A stretch of DNA of 37,373 bases from Elusimicrobiota bacterium (GCA_027340875.1 DAIENX010000090.1:1-37373), one strand, 5' to 3'; shown: positions 8,198 to 17,088, numbered from the stretch's first letter. Numbers and translations: made by a program. Notes: generated by a model from the sequence alone, not told the origin.

Positions 8198-9610
8198 TCA
8201 GTCGCTGTCGCTTTCCACGATGCACTCCATGTAGTGGTAGGTCTGGGTCATGTCGGCGCCGGGGCCGGGGTCCACGCAGCTGCCGGCCGGGACGTCCTTC
8301 ATGATCTTCAGGAACTCGTCCCACCTGGTGGCTCCGGCCCAGGCCAGCTGGTCGTATCTGCGGTTATAGCCCTTGAACGGCAGGTATACGGCCAGGCCGT
8401 TGGAATGGCCGGCGGGCAGGTTGACGGTGGCGGCGTCGATAAGAAGCCTGTCGCGCAGGACCGTCATCAGGTTTTCGGCCCTGCCGGCCAGCGCGGGATC
8501 CGCTTTGGCCGTCCTGGCGGCAAAATCATACAGATCGCGGTTGTCATCATAGGCATAATGGCTGGTGCGGAAAATCTTCAGTTTCAGCCGCGGCTTCAGG
8601 TCGGAACCCAGCAACGCGTCGGTCCAGTTGTTGAAGGCGTCCATGAATTCCGGCAGGGCGGACATGCGTACCGCGGAGATAGTGACCTTGTCCTTGCGGG
8701 AGCCGTAGAAGCCGGCATAAGCGCGCACCATGGCGGCGGCCAGCTGTTCCGGGCTCTTTTGGGCGGCGGCGAACTCCGGCAGGAAGCCGTCGTAGGGGAA
8801 GCCGAAGCCCGGCACGGTCTCTTCGGAGCCCACCACGTAGTCCGCGTGACCCTTGACCTCGTAAAGCAACTCCGCCATCTGCATCAGGCAGGCGTCGTAG
8901 GCCAGTATGTCCACCTTCCCGATGGCGCGCAGGGCGGCGCCAAGCTCGGGGGTGGAGATATGGTTCTTGGTCTCATAGTCGTATGAGATCCCTTTGGTCA
9001 TCTCTGCGGGTACGGTGTCCTTGGAGGTGATCCAGCCGGAGCCGTGGTTCCAGATTATCAGGGCGTAATGGCGGGCGGGGAAGTTCTCCATGCCCCAGCG
9101 GGCGAAGTCAACAAGGTGCCGCCAGTCGCCCATGTCCACGTTCGCGAAAGACTGCAGCTCGGGGGAACTTATCGTCATTTCGTCGGTGTCTAGGGTAACG
9201 TAGTAGCGGCGCGAGCCGGTCCAGTCGCCGTCGAAGTGCACGTCGTTATCCTGCCCGTTCATGCGTCCTATCTCGGTGACGATATTGAGCGAATCCCCGG
9301 AACCGGTAAGTTCCATCTTGTTGAGGTTGTAAAGACCGGCCACCTCCAGATCGTTCTTGCCGTTTACATAGACTAACACGGTCCATTCCTTAAGCGGCTG
9401 AGGAAGGACGGGGGATATGGCCTGGGCCTGCGGCTGGATCCAGCCGAAAGCGCCTTTAGCCGGGACCGGCGCGGGAATAGCGGGATCAGTCGGACTGCCG
9501 CTCCTCGCGCGCAGGGTCTCAAAAGCTCGGCCGCGTCCTGCCGCCAGGGCCGGAATCGAGAGCGCCAGGGAAACCATCAGGAGAAGTATCGCCTTTTTCA
9601 TGATTTTCAT
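8198..9610 (-). CDS. Clostripain-related cysteine peptidase (family C11), secreted, second copy
   Basis: Signal peptide; EWTVLVYVNGKNDLE, IIWNHGSGW, YDACLMQ and GSEETVPG motifs; AAGGA RBS favours ATG 9610; short two-Cys C-terminal tail. Confidence 0.92.
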   Translation of the reverse strand: MKIMKKAILLLMVSLALSIPALAAGRGRAFETLRARSGSPTDPAIPAPVPAKGAFGWIQPQAQAISPVLPQPLKEWTVLVYVNGKNDLEVAGLYNLNKMELTGSGDSLNIVTEIGRMNGQDNDVHFDGDWTGSRRYYVTLDTDEMTISSPELQSFANVDMGDWRHLVDFARWGMENFPARHYALIIWNHGSGWITSKDTVPAEMTKGISYDYETKNHISTPELGAALRAIGKVDILAYDACLMQMAELLYEVKGHADYVVGSEETVPGFGFPYDGFLPEFAAAQKSPEQLAAAMVRAYAGFYGSRKDKVTISAVRMSALPEFMDAFNNWTDALLGSDLKPRLKLKIFRTSHYAYDDNRDLYDFAARTAKADPALAGRAENLMTVLRDRLLIDAATVNLPAGHSNGLAVYLPFKGYNRRYDQLAWAGATRWDEFLKIMKDVPAGSCVDPGPGADMTQTYHYMECIVESDSD

Positions 9611-9648
9611 TTGAGCCAGTCCTTTGCCTGAAGTATCGTCCACAACTA

Positions 9649-9773
9649 TAGTTTAGCCAATGCCCGGCTGGAAAGCCTGAGGCGCGTGGTCCCTTTATCC
9701 ATGTTATTGGCCCCCCCGCCCTTACCCCGGAGGCTTACGCGCGGCCGAGTATCAAAACCGAGGTTTTGCAACG
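9649..9773 (-). promoter_or_regulatory. Conserved upstream element, copy D
   Basis: TAGTTTAGC(9649)-N17-GCCTGAGGC(9675)...TTACCCCGGAGGCTTACG(ends 9739)...GTTTT-GCA-ACG(ends 9773). Confidence 0.8.
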
Positions 9774-9790
9774 CCGGCGGCAGCATGAAG

Positions 9791-9826
9791 AAAAACCGCG
9801 CCCCCGGGAAGGCCCCGGGGGCGCGG
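9791..9826 (-). terminator. Rho-independent terminator after 9867..10445
   Basis: 13-bp perfect stem CCGCGCCCCCGGG / CCCGGGGGCGCGG, then TTTTTCTT on the minus strand. Confidence 0.8.
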
Positions 9827-9866
9827 CGGACCGTGGCGGACGCCATGGTCTGCTGGAGCAATACGG

Positions 9867-10445
9867 CTACTCGCGGCAGGCCTCGTTGTCCATTATCGGC
9901 GCCGGGGAAAGCGACAATTCCGAAACCATTATGGAGTACGTCTTCACCGTTTCCGCCACGCCCCTCACCAGTATCCTCGCCTCGTACGAGGGACCGCCGC
10001 CGCAGGACCATTCTACGGTATCCATAGCCGCCGCCGTATCCGCGTCCAGGCGCTGCGCCACGTATTTCCTGGCGCTCTTGATAGCCTGCGGGCTGTCCGG
10101 GATCCTTTCAAGCTCGTACCTCTTGATAAGCTCCCATTTATCCCCCGCCGCAGAAACGCGGCGTACCAGGATATCCCCGTATGAGTCTCCCTCGTCGGAA
10201 ACCGTAAGCTCTATCTTGACGTCCTTTGAGAGGAACCGCTTGCGGGCCATAGCCTTGAACTTTCCCATGTCCTCATACGCGCTCTTCTCTCCGCCGGCGG
10301 CTTCGACATAGGCCGGCACTGCCGGGACCTTCGCCGCTTCCAGCTGGGCCGGAGTGAAGCCGAAGCTTTCCAGGCCGCCGCCGGCATAAGCCGCGCCCGA
10401 GGTTATCAACGTCAGAACCGCCGCGAGTATCGCATTCTTTTTCAT
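9867..10445 (-). CDS. Hypothetical secreted protein
   Basis: Signal peptide MKKNAILAAVLTLITSGAAYA; GGAG RBS; followed by a terminator. Confidence 0.82.
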   Translation of the reverse strand: MKKNAILAAVLTLITSGAAYAGGGLESFGFTPAQLEAAKVPAVPAYVEAAGGEKSAYEDMGKFKAMARKRFLSKDVKIELTVSDEGDSYGDILVRRVSAAGDKWELIKRYELERIPDSPQAIKSARKYVAQRLDADTAAAMDTVEWSCGGGPSYEARILVRGVAETVKTYSIMVSELSLSPAPIMDNEACRE

Positions 10446-10483
10446 CTCATTGTCTCCGTGTCCTTGTCTGGCTTCCCGTGCTC

Positions 10484-11500
10484 TCAGTACTGGCGGCAGC
10501 CGTAGAAGTCGTGCTGCGCGAGCCGCTTTATGGAATCAGGCGCGAGCAGGCCGTCATCCATGTTGAGCATTCTTCCGTAAAAGATCTCTACGGACGCCCT
10601 GTCGCCGAACACCTGAAGGGTAATCAGCCGCTCCGAGGCGTAATCGTAAGTGGAGAAAGCGGAGTTCCACTTAACGCGCCCCCCGATGAGGATCAGCTCA
10701 TCGTTGCGCCAGACCCCGGTGTTAGGGTTGAGGTTGGGCAGATTGCTCCCCAGGTTGTAGAACGCGTTGTTGACGTTCCTTAACACAAGCTGCTTTCTGG
10801 GCCTGCTCCCCTCAGAAATATCCAGCGTCAGGCCGTCGCATTTGACAACGGGGCGCCAGGTCGTCCCGGCGGAGCGCTCTTCGGCGGATCCGGCTGAAAC
10901 GTCGGCGCTCTTGATATCGTCCTCTATAGTATGTCCCACGGGGTAACCGTAGAGCTGGGCTGGCAGCAGCTTCTTCTTGACGGCGTCCTTGTACGCCTTC
11001 TCGCTGCTGAAAGTCACCACGATCGCCTGTTCGCCGCCGTGCCCGAGCACCTTAAGCCCGGTCACGCCCGGTATAGCCATGAGCTGCGCCCTGTGCATCT
11101 CCATGACCGCGGAGGCCGAAAGAGGGGCTATCTTGTCATTCTCTATCGTATGTCCCACGGGGTAACCATAGAGCTTAGCGGGCAGCAGCTTCTTTTTGAC
11201 GGCGTCCTTGTACGCCTTCTCGCTGCTGAAGGTGACCACGATCGCCTGCTCGCCGCCGTGCCCGAGCACCTTAAGGCCGGTCACGCCGGGTATGGCCATG
11301 AGCTTGGCGCGGTGCATCTCCAGGACCTCCGCGGCCGAAAGAGGAACTATTTCCGGCCTCGGAACTGCGACCTTCGCCTCCATGGCTTGAGTCATATTGA
11401 CCCTCTCAAGCGAAACGGCCGCGGCCGCTTTTTCAAGATCACCGGCGCGGACTACGCCCGCCGCGGAGACCAGTACCAGCATCGCTATCATCTTTTTCAT
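10484..11500 (-). CDS. Secreted protein with two tandem 73-aa repeats
   Basis: Leader of the AGDLE type; RBS spacing favours ATG 11500 over 11509; internal duplication LMAIPGVTG...AIVVTF...LP..LYGYPV. Confidence 0.85.
   Translation of the reverse strand: MKKMIAMLVLVSAAGVVRAGDLEKAAAAVSLERVNMTQAMEAKVAVPRPEIVPLSAAEVLEMHRAKLMAIPGVTGLKVLGHGGEQAIVVTFSSEKAYKDAVKKKLLPAKLYGYPVGHTIENDKIAPLSASAVMEMHRAQLMAIPGVTGLKVLGHGGEQAIVVTFSSEKAYKDAVKKKLLPAQLYGYPVGHTIEDDIKSADVSAGSAEERSAGTTWRPVVKCDGLTLDISEGSRPRKQLVLRNVNNAFYNLGSNLPNLNPNTGVWRNDELILIGGRVKWNSAFSTYDYASERLITLQVFGDRASVEIFYGRMLNMDDGLLAPDSIKRLAQHDFYGCRQY
10921..11345. repeat. Intragenic tandem duplication, 219-bp period, two copies
   Basis: About 10921..11126 and 11140..11345 are near-identical (shadow ORFs start at 10977 and 11196, offset 219). 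Confidence 0.92.
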
Positions 11501-11573
11501 AATTTCCATTTCTCCTTATTGTGTTACCGGAAGCGCCTTGCCGTTGTTGTCCTCTATCGTCCGGCTGTATACA

Positions 11574-11698
11574 TAGTTTACGCTGCGAGCGGCCTTCTCG
11601 CATGAGGCCATGGTCCCGGAGAACGGCATTTTTCGCACTACCGCCGTTGCCCCCCCGGCTTACGCCCGCGCACGGACCATATCCGAAGTTTTAGTACG
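11574..11698 (-). promoter_or_regulatory. Conserved upstream element, copy E
   Basis: TAGTTTACG(11574)-N17-GCATGAGGC(11600)...TTGCCCCCCCGGCTTACG(ends 11664)...GTTTT-AGT-ACG(ends 11698). Confidence 0.8.
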
Positions 11699-11771
11699 TT
11701 TACGTACGCGGCGCATGCGGTGCTCATCATCGTTTTCCTCATGACTTCCCTTCTCGCTCGCCCGTCCGTCG

Positions 11772-11992
11772 GTCGCCGTCGAAGTGCGCGTCGTATCCTG
11801 CCCGTTCATGCGGCCTATCCCGGTGACGATACTGAACAAATCCCCGGAACCCGCGGGGATAGCGGGATCAGCCGGACTGCCGCTCATCGCGCGCAGGGGC
11901 TACGGAACTCCTCCGCGTCCTGCCGCCAGGGCCGGCGCCGCGAACGACATAGAAACCGTCAGGAGAAGTATCGTTCTTTCCATGCTTTTCAT
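11772..11992 (-). pseudogene. Clostripain pseudogene derived from a gene like 8198..9610
   Basis: MKSMERTILLLTVSMSFAAPALAAGRGGVP* (TAG at 11900-11902), then SGSPADPAIPA fused to GSGDLFSIVTGIGRMNGQD (55-codon deletion), a 1-nt frameshift and loss of the rest. Confidence 0.88.
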
Positions 11993-12030
11993 TTGAGCCC
12001 GTCATTTTCCTGAAGTACCGTCCACAACTA

Positions 12031-12155
12031 AAGTCTAACCAGCGCCCGGCTGGATAGCCTGGGGCGCGGAACATATTTGTCTATGTAATTGGACCCGTGG
12101 TCCTTACCCGGCAGGTTCACACGGGCTGGCGGACGAAAAAGCAAGTTTTTGGACG
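12031..12155 (-). promoter_or_regulatory. Conserved upstream element, copy F (decayed)
   Basis: AAGTCTAAC(12031)-N17-GCCTGGGGC(12057)...TTACCCGGCAGGTTCACA(ends 12121)...GTTTT-TGG-ACG(ends 12155); same spacing, three boxes mutated. Confidence 0.7.
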
Positions 12156-12184
12156 CCGAAAAGCGTGCGTCTGGAACGCCGCGC

Positions 12185-13084
12185 CTACCATGCGGCCATC
12201 CCGGAGCCGCCGGTGAACCAGATATAATCGGCCGGCGGCGGGGCTATCTCCGCCGGCTTCCCGGGAGCGGCGGCGCCGGAGACGTAAACTGAGACCTGCG
12301 AGATCCCCGGCACAGCGGATTTTATCCGGGCCGGCACCCCCGCGTTGTACATTATCCGTCCGTTGCCGGTCAGCACCAGCAGGGAATAGTCCGGATTTTC
12401 GCCCAGAAAGCAGATAATGCGCGCGGCCAGCGCCGCGTTCCAGGCTGAAATGGAGAACAGATAGTTCTCCCACTCGGTCCTTTTCGCCGCGCTGCCCGCG
12501 TAAAAGCTTCTTTTTAAATACGCCAGGTACGGCTTATCCGCGTTCATGCGGATATCCTGCGGCAGCATCGCCCTTTCGCCCCGGTCAAGGGAAGCTATTC
12601 CGCCCTGCGCCAGCTTCGCGGGCAGGCCGCGCGGCAGATCAAGGGCCAAGACCTTCAGCTTATGTTCCCGGATATAAACGAAAAGCGGCTTGTACGGCGT
12701 GAAAGCGGCTTGTCCGCTCCAGGCGGAGCCTGACAGGAACTCCTTCTCCGGTATCCGGCCCGCGAGATAGCCGTCCAGCAGACGCTGGCTGCCTGAAGGC
12801 ACCATTTCCAGCCCTACCGCGACGCGGCCGCGCGCTTTTACCATCATATCGAGTATCTCTAGCCTGGCCAGCTGGCTTCTGGCGGATCCGCCGACCTCTC
12901 CGGCGTAAACCACGCGGGCGCCGCTTACCGCGTCCTCGAAAGCTGCCCTGGAAAGCCTGGTGCCGACGCGGGGATTGACCACGGCGAAGACGGGACTGTC
13001 GAACATCGAGAACGAAGGGGCGCCGGCGGCCGCGCGGCCTGGGCCGCCCGCCAGCAGCAGGGAAAAGCAAAGCACCGCTCTCAT
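12185..13084 (-). CDS. ChaN/DUF399-like exported protein (EreA/ChaN fold), degenerate motifs
   Basis: RVVYAGE, VAVGLEM, LDGYLAGRI.EKEFL, YKPLF, LAQGGIASL and LTGNG...GVPARI follow the ChaN pattern; N-terminal signal peptide. Confidence 0.75.
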   Translation of the reverse strand: MRAVLCFSLLLAGGPGRAAAGAPSFSMFDSPVFAVVNPRVGTRLSRAAFEDAVSGARVVYAGEVGGSARSQLARLEILDMMVKARGRVAVGLEMVPSGSQRLLDGYLAGRIPEKEFLSGSAWSGQAAFTPYKPLFVYIREHKLKVLALDLPRGLPAKLAQGGIASLDRGERAMLPQDIRMNADKPYLAYLKRSFYAGSAAKRTEWENYLFSISAWNAALAARIICFLGENPDYSLLVLTGNGRIMYNAGVPARIKSAVPGISQVSVYVSGAAAPGKPAEIAPPPADYIWFTGGSGMAAW

Positions 13085-13112
13085 ATGTCCGTCATCCTGA
13101 TCTCCGTGCGGC

Positions 13113-14003
13113 TCAGACTTCCCAATATATGAACGCGCTCGCCGGGAACCGCACGAGCTGCGCCAGCTTCTCCCGGCCGAGGCTGCGCTCTATGGCCAGC
13201 GCCTTGTGGCAGCCCGCGATATAGAACAGCCGCTCCCTGGACAATTCCTCAAGTATCCGGTCCCTGAACCCTCCGGTGAGCGCCTCTTTTGAGCGCGCCT
13301 CCAACTCCCAGAGCAGCGCGTCGAAAACGCGCAGTTTTTTCTCCAGGTCTCCCGCGCTCTCCAGAACGGAATAGTCGCGCGCGTCCAGCGCGCCCGCGCT
13401 CCTGCGCTTTTCGTAGGGGACCAGGGTGGCCAGGCCCTCGTTCATGGTGAATTCCATCACGAATTCCTTAAGATCCCCAACCGTCCTCGCGGCGGCCAGG
13501 TCCGGCAATCCGCGATAATATTCGAAACCCAGGTGGAAAAGCTCGTGCGGCAGGGAAAGGAGGAGTTCCCGTCTGTCCGCCAGGAAGCGCCCGTCGTTAA
13601 GGTTCACTACCACCTGCCCGTCCAGCGCTATACCGTCGCAGCCTCCCAGCGCGAATCGCACCACGGCCGTCTCGCAATAATCCTGCGGCAGATACCGCAG
13701 GTGCAGGGACAGGAACTCGTCGCGGATGGCAGGCTCGTTCTCCTTCAGGTATTTCAAGGCGGCCGCCAGTCCGGCGCGGTTCCCGGCAAGCCCGCCCAGA
13801 CCCGCTTCGGGAGAGCCTTTTCTGAAAGCCTGCGCCAGGGTTTGCGCGGAAAGCGGCCTGGAACAGTATCTGCGGCTGTGACTGACAATAAGCCGGTAGG
13901 CGGTATGCCCGAGCAGTTCTTTCAGTTTCCCGGGCGCGGGACGCTCAAGATACTCCAGCGCGGCCTCGGCCGCGGAGTAGTCCATCTCCACCTTTTGCGC
14001 CAT
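13113..14003 (-). CDS. Putative Zn-dependent protease (DUF5700/DUF2268-like)
   Basis: HELFH plus downstream NEGLA third-ligand motif; no signal peptide. Confidence 0.72.
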   Translation of the reverse strand: MAQKVEMDYSAAEAALEYLERPAPGKLKELLGHTAYRLIVSHSRRYCSRPLSAQTLAQAFRKGSPEAGLGGLAGNRAGLAAALKYLKENEPAIRDEFLSLHLRYLPQDYCETAVVRFALGGCDGIALDGQVVVNLNDGRFLADRRELLLSLPHELFHLGFEYYRGLPDLAAARTVGDLKEFVMEFTMNEGLATLVPYEKRRSAGALDARDYSVLESAGDLEKKLRVFDALLWELEARSKEALTGGFRDRILEELSRERLFYIAGCHKALAIERSLGREKLAQLVRFPASAFIYWEV

Positions 14004-14005
14004 AG

Positions 14006-14170
14006 TTATGAAGTTACAGGCAAACCGGCGGACTTCGGAACTTCCCAGGCGCCCAGCTCGGAAGCAGTCCCCTTTATCCAGAAGTCATCGGCTGCCGCGA
14101 TGAAAGCCCTGTCCCGCGGGGAGGCGGCAGCCAACAGGACCAGCGCCCCTGTCACTACGACATCCCTCAT
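14006..14170 (-). pseudogene. 54-aa leader-like stub ORF
   Basis: Not in the ORF track. GGAGGAG RBS, then MRDVVVTGALVLLAAASPRDRAFIAAADDFWIKGTASELGAWEVPKSAGLPVTS*; fills the gap between two genes. Confidence 0.5.
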
Positions 14171-14194
14171 ATTCTCCTCCGTCCGCCCGCGTTC

Positions 14195-15127
14195 CTAGTA
14201 CGCCTTCACGAGGTCGAGCCGCACTATCCGCTGCAGCCCGTCTACAGACCTCTCTATTTTCGCGCGGCCGCGGTAGCTCTCGGTCACCGTGTATGCCGTG
14301 CCCAGCCGGAGATCTGCAAAGAGCGACCAGCCGCGGGGGCTGTCCGCCCACTCGACCATCACCGCGGAGCCGAACTCCAGCGCCCGGAAAGCGGCCAATG
14401 AAGGCTTGGGATAACTGTGCTGGGCGTTATCCAGGCTCTGTATCCCGGTAAGGGGGGTCGCCAGCACCACCGGGTCTATGTCTTCGCCCGGGACGTGCGC
14501 GCTGTCGACGAAGGCCATGAACCTGGAGCTCTGGTCCTGCGCCATAGCGGAACCGGCCAGCGGCTTGCCTTCCACCAGCACCTCCACCTTGGCGGCGTTG
14601 AGCTTCAGCAGGCTGATGGCGCCGGTCTTGCGCGCGTAGGCAGCCAGGCCTTTCCTGCCGCTGGCGCCCAGCGTGAACAGCCAGTCGCGCGGATCGCCCT
14701 TTCTGGCGACGGTCACGCGCAGATCGAAGTTGTCGGGGTTCGCGCCGCGCGGGCCGTCGAACGCCTCGATGGGCGGCAGTATAAGCCTGCCGTCGGACGT
14801 TATTTCCACCGGCAGAACGCGGCTGCCGCAGACGTGCGGCTGCGGCCACAGGCCGGAGCGGTACATGCAGTTTACGATCAGCGTGGCCTCGTAATCCGCC
14901 AGGTTCACGGAATTCTGCTCCACCTGGAGCTGCATGGTCTTGGCGTCCACCAGCGTCTTGCCTTGCGCGTTTCCATGAACGCCGGGAAGCGCCGCCTCTA
15001 TCCCGGCCAGACCGGCCCTTATGCCGGCGGCGGTGACCCCGCCCAGCGCGTCGAAATCCGCCGCCCTCGCTCCGCCGGCCATGCACAGCACGGCCACGAT
15101 CATCAGATATTTTTTCATATTAGACAC
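14195..15127 (-). CDS. Hypothetical secreted protein, paralog of 3734..4648
   Basis: Signal peptide MKKYLMIVAVLCMAGGARA (start GTG 15127 or ATG 15118); shared body motifs with 3734..4648. Confidence 0.88.
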   Translation of the reverse strand: MSNMKKYLMIVAVLCMAGGARAADFDALGGVTAAGIRAGLAGIEAALPGVHGNAQGKTLVDAKTMQLQVEQNSVNLADYEATLIVNCMYRSGLWPQPHVCGSRVLPVEITSDGRLILPPIEAFDGPRGANPDNFDLRVTVARKGDPRDWLFTLGASGRKGLAAYARKTGAISLLKLNAAKVEVLVEGKPLAGSAMAQDQSSRFMAFVDSAHVPGEDIDPVVLATPLTGIQSLDNAQHSYPKPSLAAFRALEFGSAVMVEWADSPRGWSLFADLRLGTAYTVTESYRGRAKIERSVDGLQRIVRLDLVKAY

Positions 15128-15181
15128 TCTTCAGGTGGTCTCCTTTATATTTTCCATGCCCCGCGCGCTTTCCCCGGCAGC

Positions 15182-16207
15182 CTACAGGAGACTGGCGTTG
15201 GCACGGATGATGAGCAGCTGCGCGTCGAGCGCCGCTGCCGCGCTCTCCACCTCGTAGCCCGACAACCTGGTATAGTCCGGGGTGCCGGCTATGGAAGCGG
15301 CCAGCTTGTGCAGGCGGGCAGTGAAGCGCTCCATGCGCGTAAGCTCCATACGCAGCGCCATGGCGTTGCGCTCCTTTATAGCCTCCTCCATGCCGTACAG
15401 GGCGCCCTCTATGCCGAAAGAGACGTCGCCCACGCCGCGCGTGTACGCCGCCGGGACCTGGCCGTTGATCGCCATGGCCACGGTCTTGAGCCGCTCGGAG
15501 TGCATGCGTGACAGCCGCACCGCGCTGTCCAGGAAGGAATTAGCCGGGAGCCCCTTTTCCGGCATATCCCGCATCTGGGCCACGATGAAGTCCCAGCACT
15601 GCGGGGCCACCTCATTGCTGCCCGCCCAGCCGGGGTTGGAGTACTGGATGCCGCTGTTGGACAGATCGTTCATGTATACGGTGTAATTGCTGCCGTAGTT
15701 GGAATCCCACTGGCCGCCCGCGAAGAAAGCCAGCTCTATCTTCTGTATCCCGCGGAAGCCCAGGTTGTCCGACAGGGTGATATAGTCCTGGTGGATCATG
15801 GCCGGGGTCATGAAGCCGGTGCCGTGCCACTCCTTGCCCAGCTCGACGTCGCGCGTGGACAGCTTGGTCCGGCCGTCCCCGCCGTAATACGAAACCATGA
15901 CCCGCGCGGTTATCTTTTCCGCCCCGCCCAGGACGCCGCTCTTCTTATAGCCGATGATCAACCGCGTGTCCATCATGCCGCTGCCGACGGTGGCCAGCAC
16001 GGCCGGGCCCCTGTTGACGAGGTGCACCTTCTGGTAGCCGTAATCCACCGGATAGTTGGACTTGACCAGTTCCGGCATGGGGATGGAAACGCCTTCCTGA
16101 GCCCTGACGTCCCCGGCCTTCAGGCCGTTCAACTCCGCCCCGCCCGCGGCCAGCGCCGCGCCGGGCGCCGCCGCCATCATCACCGCCAGTATCATCTTCC
16201 TGTTCAT
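15182..16207 (-). CDS. Secreted protein with CBM21/DUF6209-like WDSNYGSNY motif; paralog of 5021..6364
   Basis: Signal peptide, GGAGG RBS, near-identity to 5021..6364 but without its insert. Confidence 0.88.
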   Translation of the reverse strand: MNRKMILAVMMAAAPGAALAAGGAELNGLKAGDVRAQEGVSIPMPELVKSNYPVDYGYQKVHLVNRGPAVLATVGSGMMDTRLIIGYKKSGVLGGAEKITARVMVSYYGGDGRTKLSTRDVELGKEWHGTGFMTPAMIHQDYITLSDNLGFRGIQKIELAFFAGGQWDSNYGSNYTVYMNDLSNSGIQYSNPGWAGSNEVAPQCWDFIVAQMRDMPEKGLPANSFLDSAVRLSRMHSERLKTVAMAINGQVPAAYTRGVGDVSFGIEGALYGMEEAIKERNAMALRMELTRMERFTARLHKLAASIAGTPDYTRLSGYEVESAAAALDAQLLIIRANASLL

Positions 16208-16266
16208 TCTGTTATCCTCCTGATAATTTTTTCCTGCACCGCCGCTCTCTTGTCTGCCGGCCTTCT

Positions 16267-17010
16267 TCAGTCGCGCGGGGTCAAGTCCATAAAATAATAG
16301 GTATAGAGCGTCTTCAATATACGCCCGGAGGCGGTATCCTTCTCGGTGAACTTCTCGACCAGATATTCCCCGGCTTTCCGTTCCTCGATGATCTGCTGGA
16401 TACCGTTGTTCCAGTTCATGACAGCCCGGGCTTCCGGGAAAATCATATAGTTGCGCTGCGGAGACTCCGGATGGCGGCGGACCCCGAAGGCGAAACTATA
16501 GTAATACGGATACTGGAAGAGGTGCTCTAGGCCTTTAAGCGCCCTTTTGTTGTAGTACTCGATGTCGTTCTCTATAAAACCGATCGCGAACCTCTCCTTG
16601 CCGGAAGAGCCGAACAGCGGGCCCTCGTCCGTTGCGCCGGCCGCCTCGTACTCCGATACCTTGACCACCATTCCTATCATGGCGCCCTTGGCGACCGTGC
16701 CGGCGGCCGTGAAAGTGCGGCCGGCCTTAATGCCGGTCAGGTCGGCCTGGGTGGCCGGGACGCCGCGCTCGAACAGGGCCTTCACCTTTTCGTAGCTGGT
16801 GGCGCCGGGCAGCCCCAGCAGTTCGCTGGGAGCCGTCTTGTCCATTTCGCCCAGCGCTGCGGCGGCGGAAGGTTCCGGGACCTTCATGTCCGCGGCCCGT
16901 TCCAGTCTGAGGTCAGTCAGGGCGGCCGCGGAGGCGGCGCTCTCCAGGTCCCCGGCCCGGGCGAGGCCCGCTGCCGAGACCAGTATCAGTATTGTCAGTA
17001 TCTTTTTCAT
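16267..17010 (-). CDS. Hypothetical secreted protein, divergent paralog of 6475..7149
   Basis: Start set at MKKILTILILVSAAGLARAGDLE (17010) behind GGAGGAGAAGAGG; shared motifs with 6475..7149. Confidence 0.85.
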   Translation of the reverse strand: MKKILTILILVSAAGLARAGDLESAASAAALTDLRLERAADMKVPEPSAAAALGEMDKTAPSELLGLPGATSYEKVKALFERGVPATQADLTGIKAGRTFTAAGTVAKGAMIGMVVKVSEYEAAGATDEGPLFGSSGKERFAIGFIENDIEYYNKRALKGLEHLFQYPYYYSFAFGVRRHPESPQRNYMIFPEARAVMNWNNGIQQIIEERKAGEYLVEKFTEKDTASGRILKTLYTYYFMDLTPRD

Positions 17011-17088
17011 TTCCTCTTCTCCTCCTATGAGTCCCGGATTCGCGGAGCGCCTTGCCGTCATTTGTCCGCTGTTCTCCGGCCGTGTATA

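Noticed and set aside
2850..11640. dif/pdif-like half-sites (ATGTTATT in copies A/D, TTTCGCAC in B/C/E)
   Set aside because: XerC-like and XerD-like words never occur together with a 6-bp spacer; they are subfamily-specific spacer sequence.
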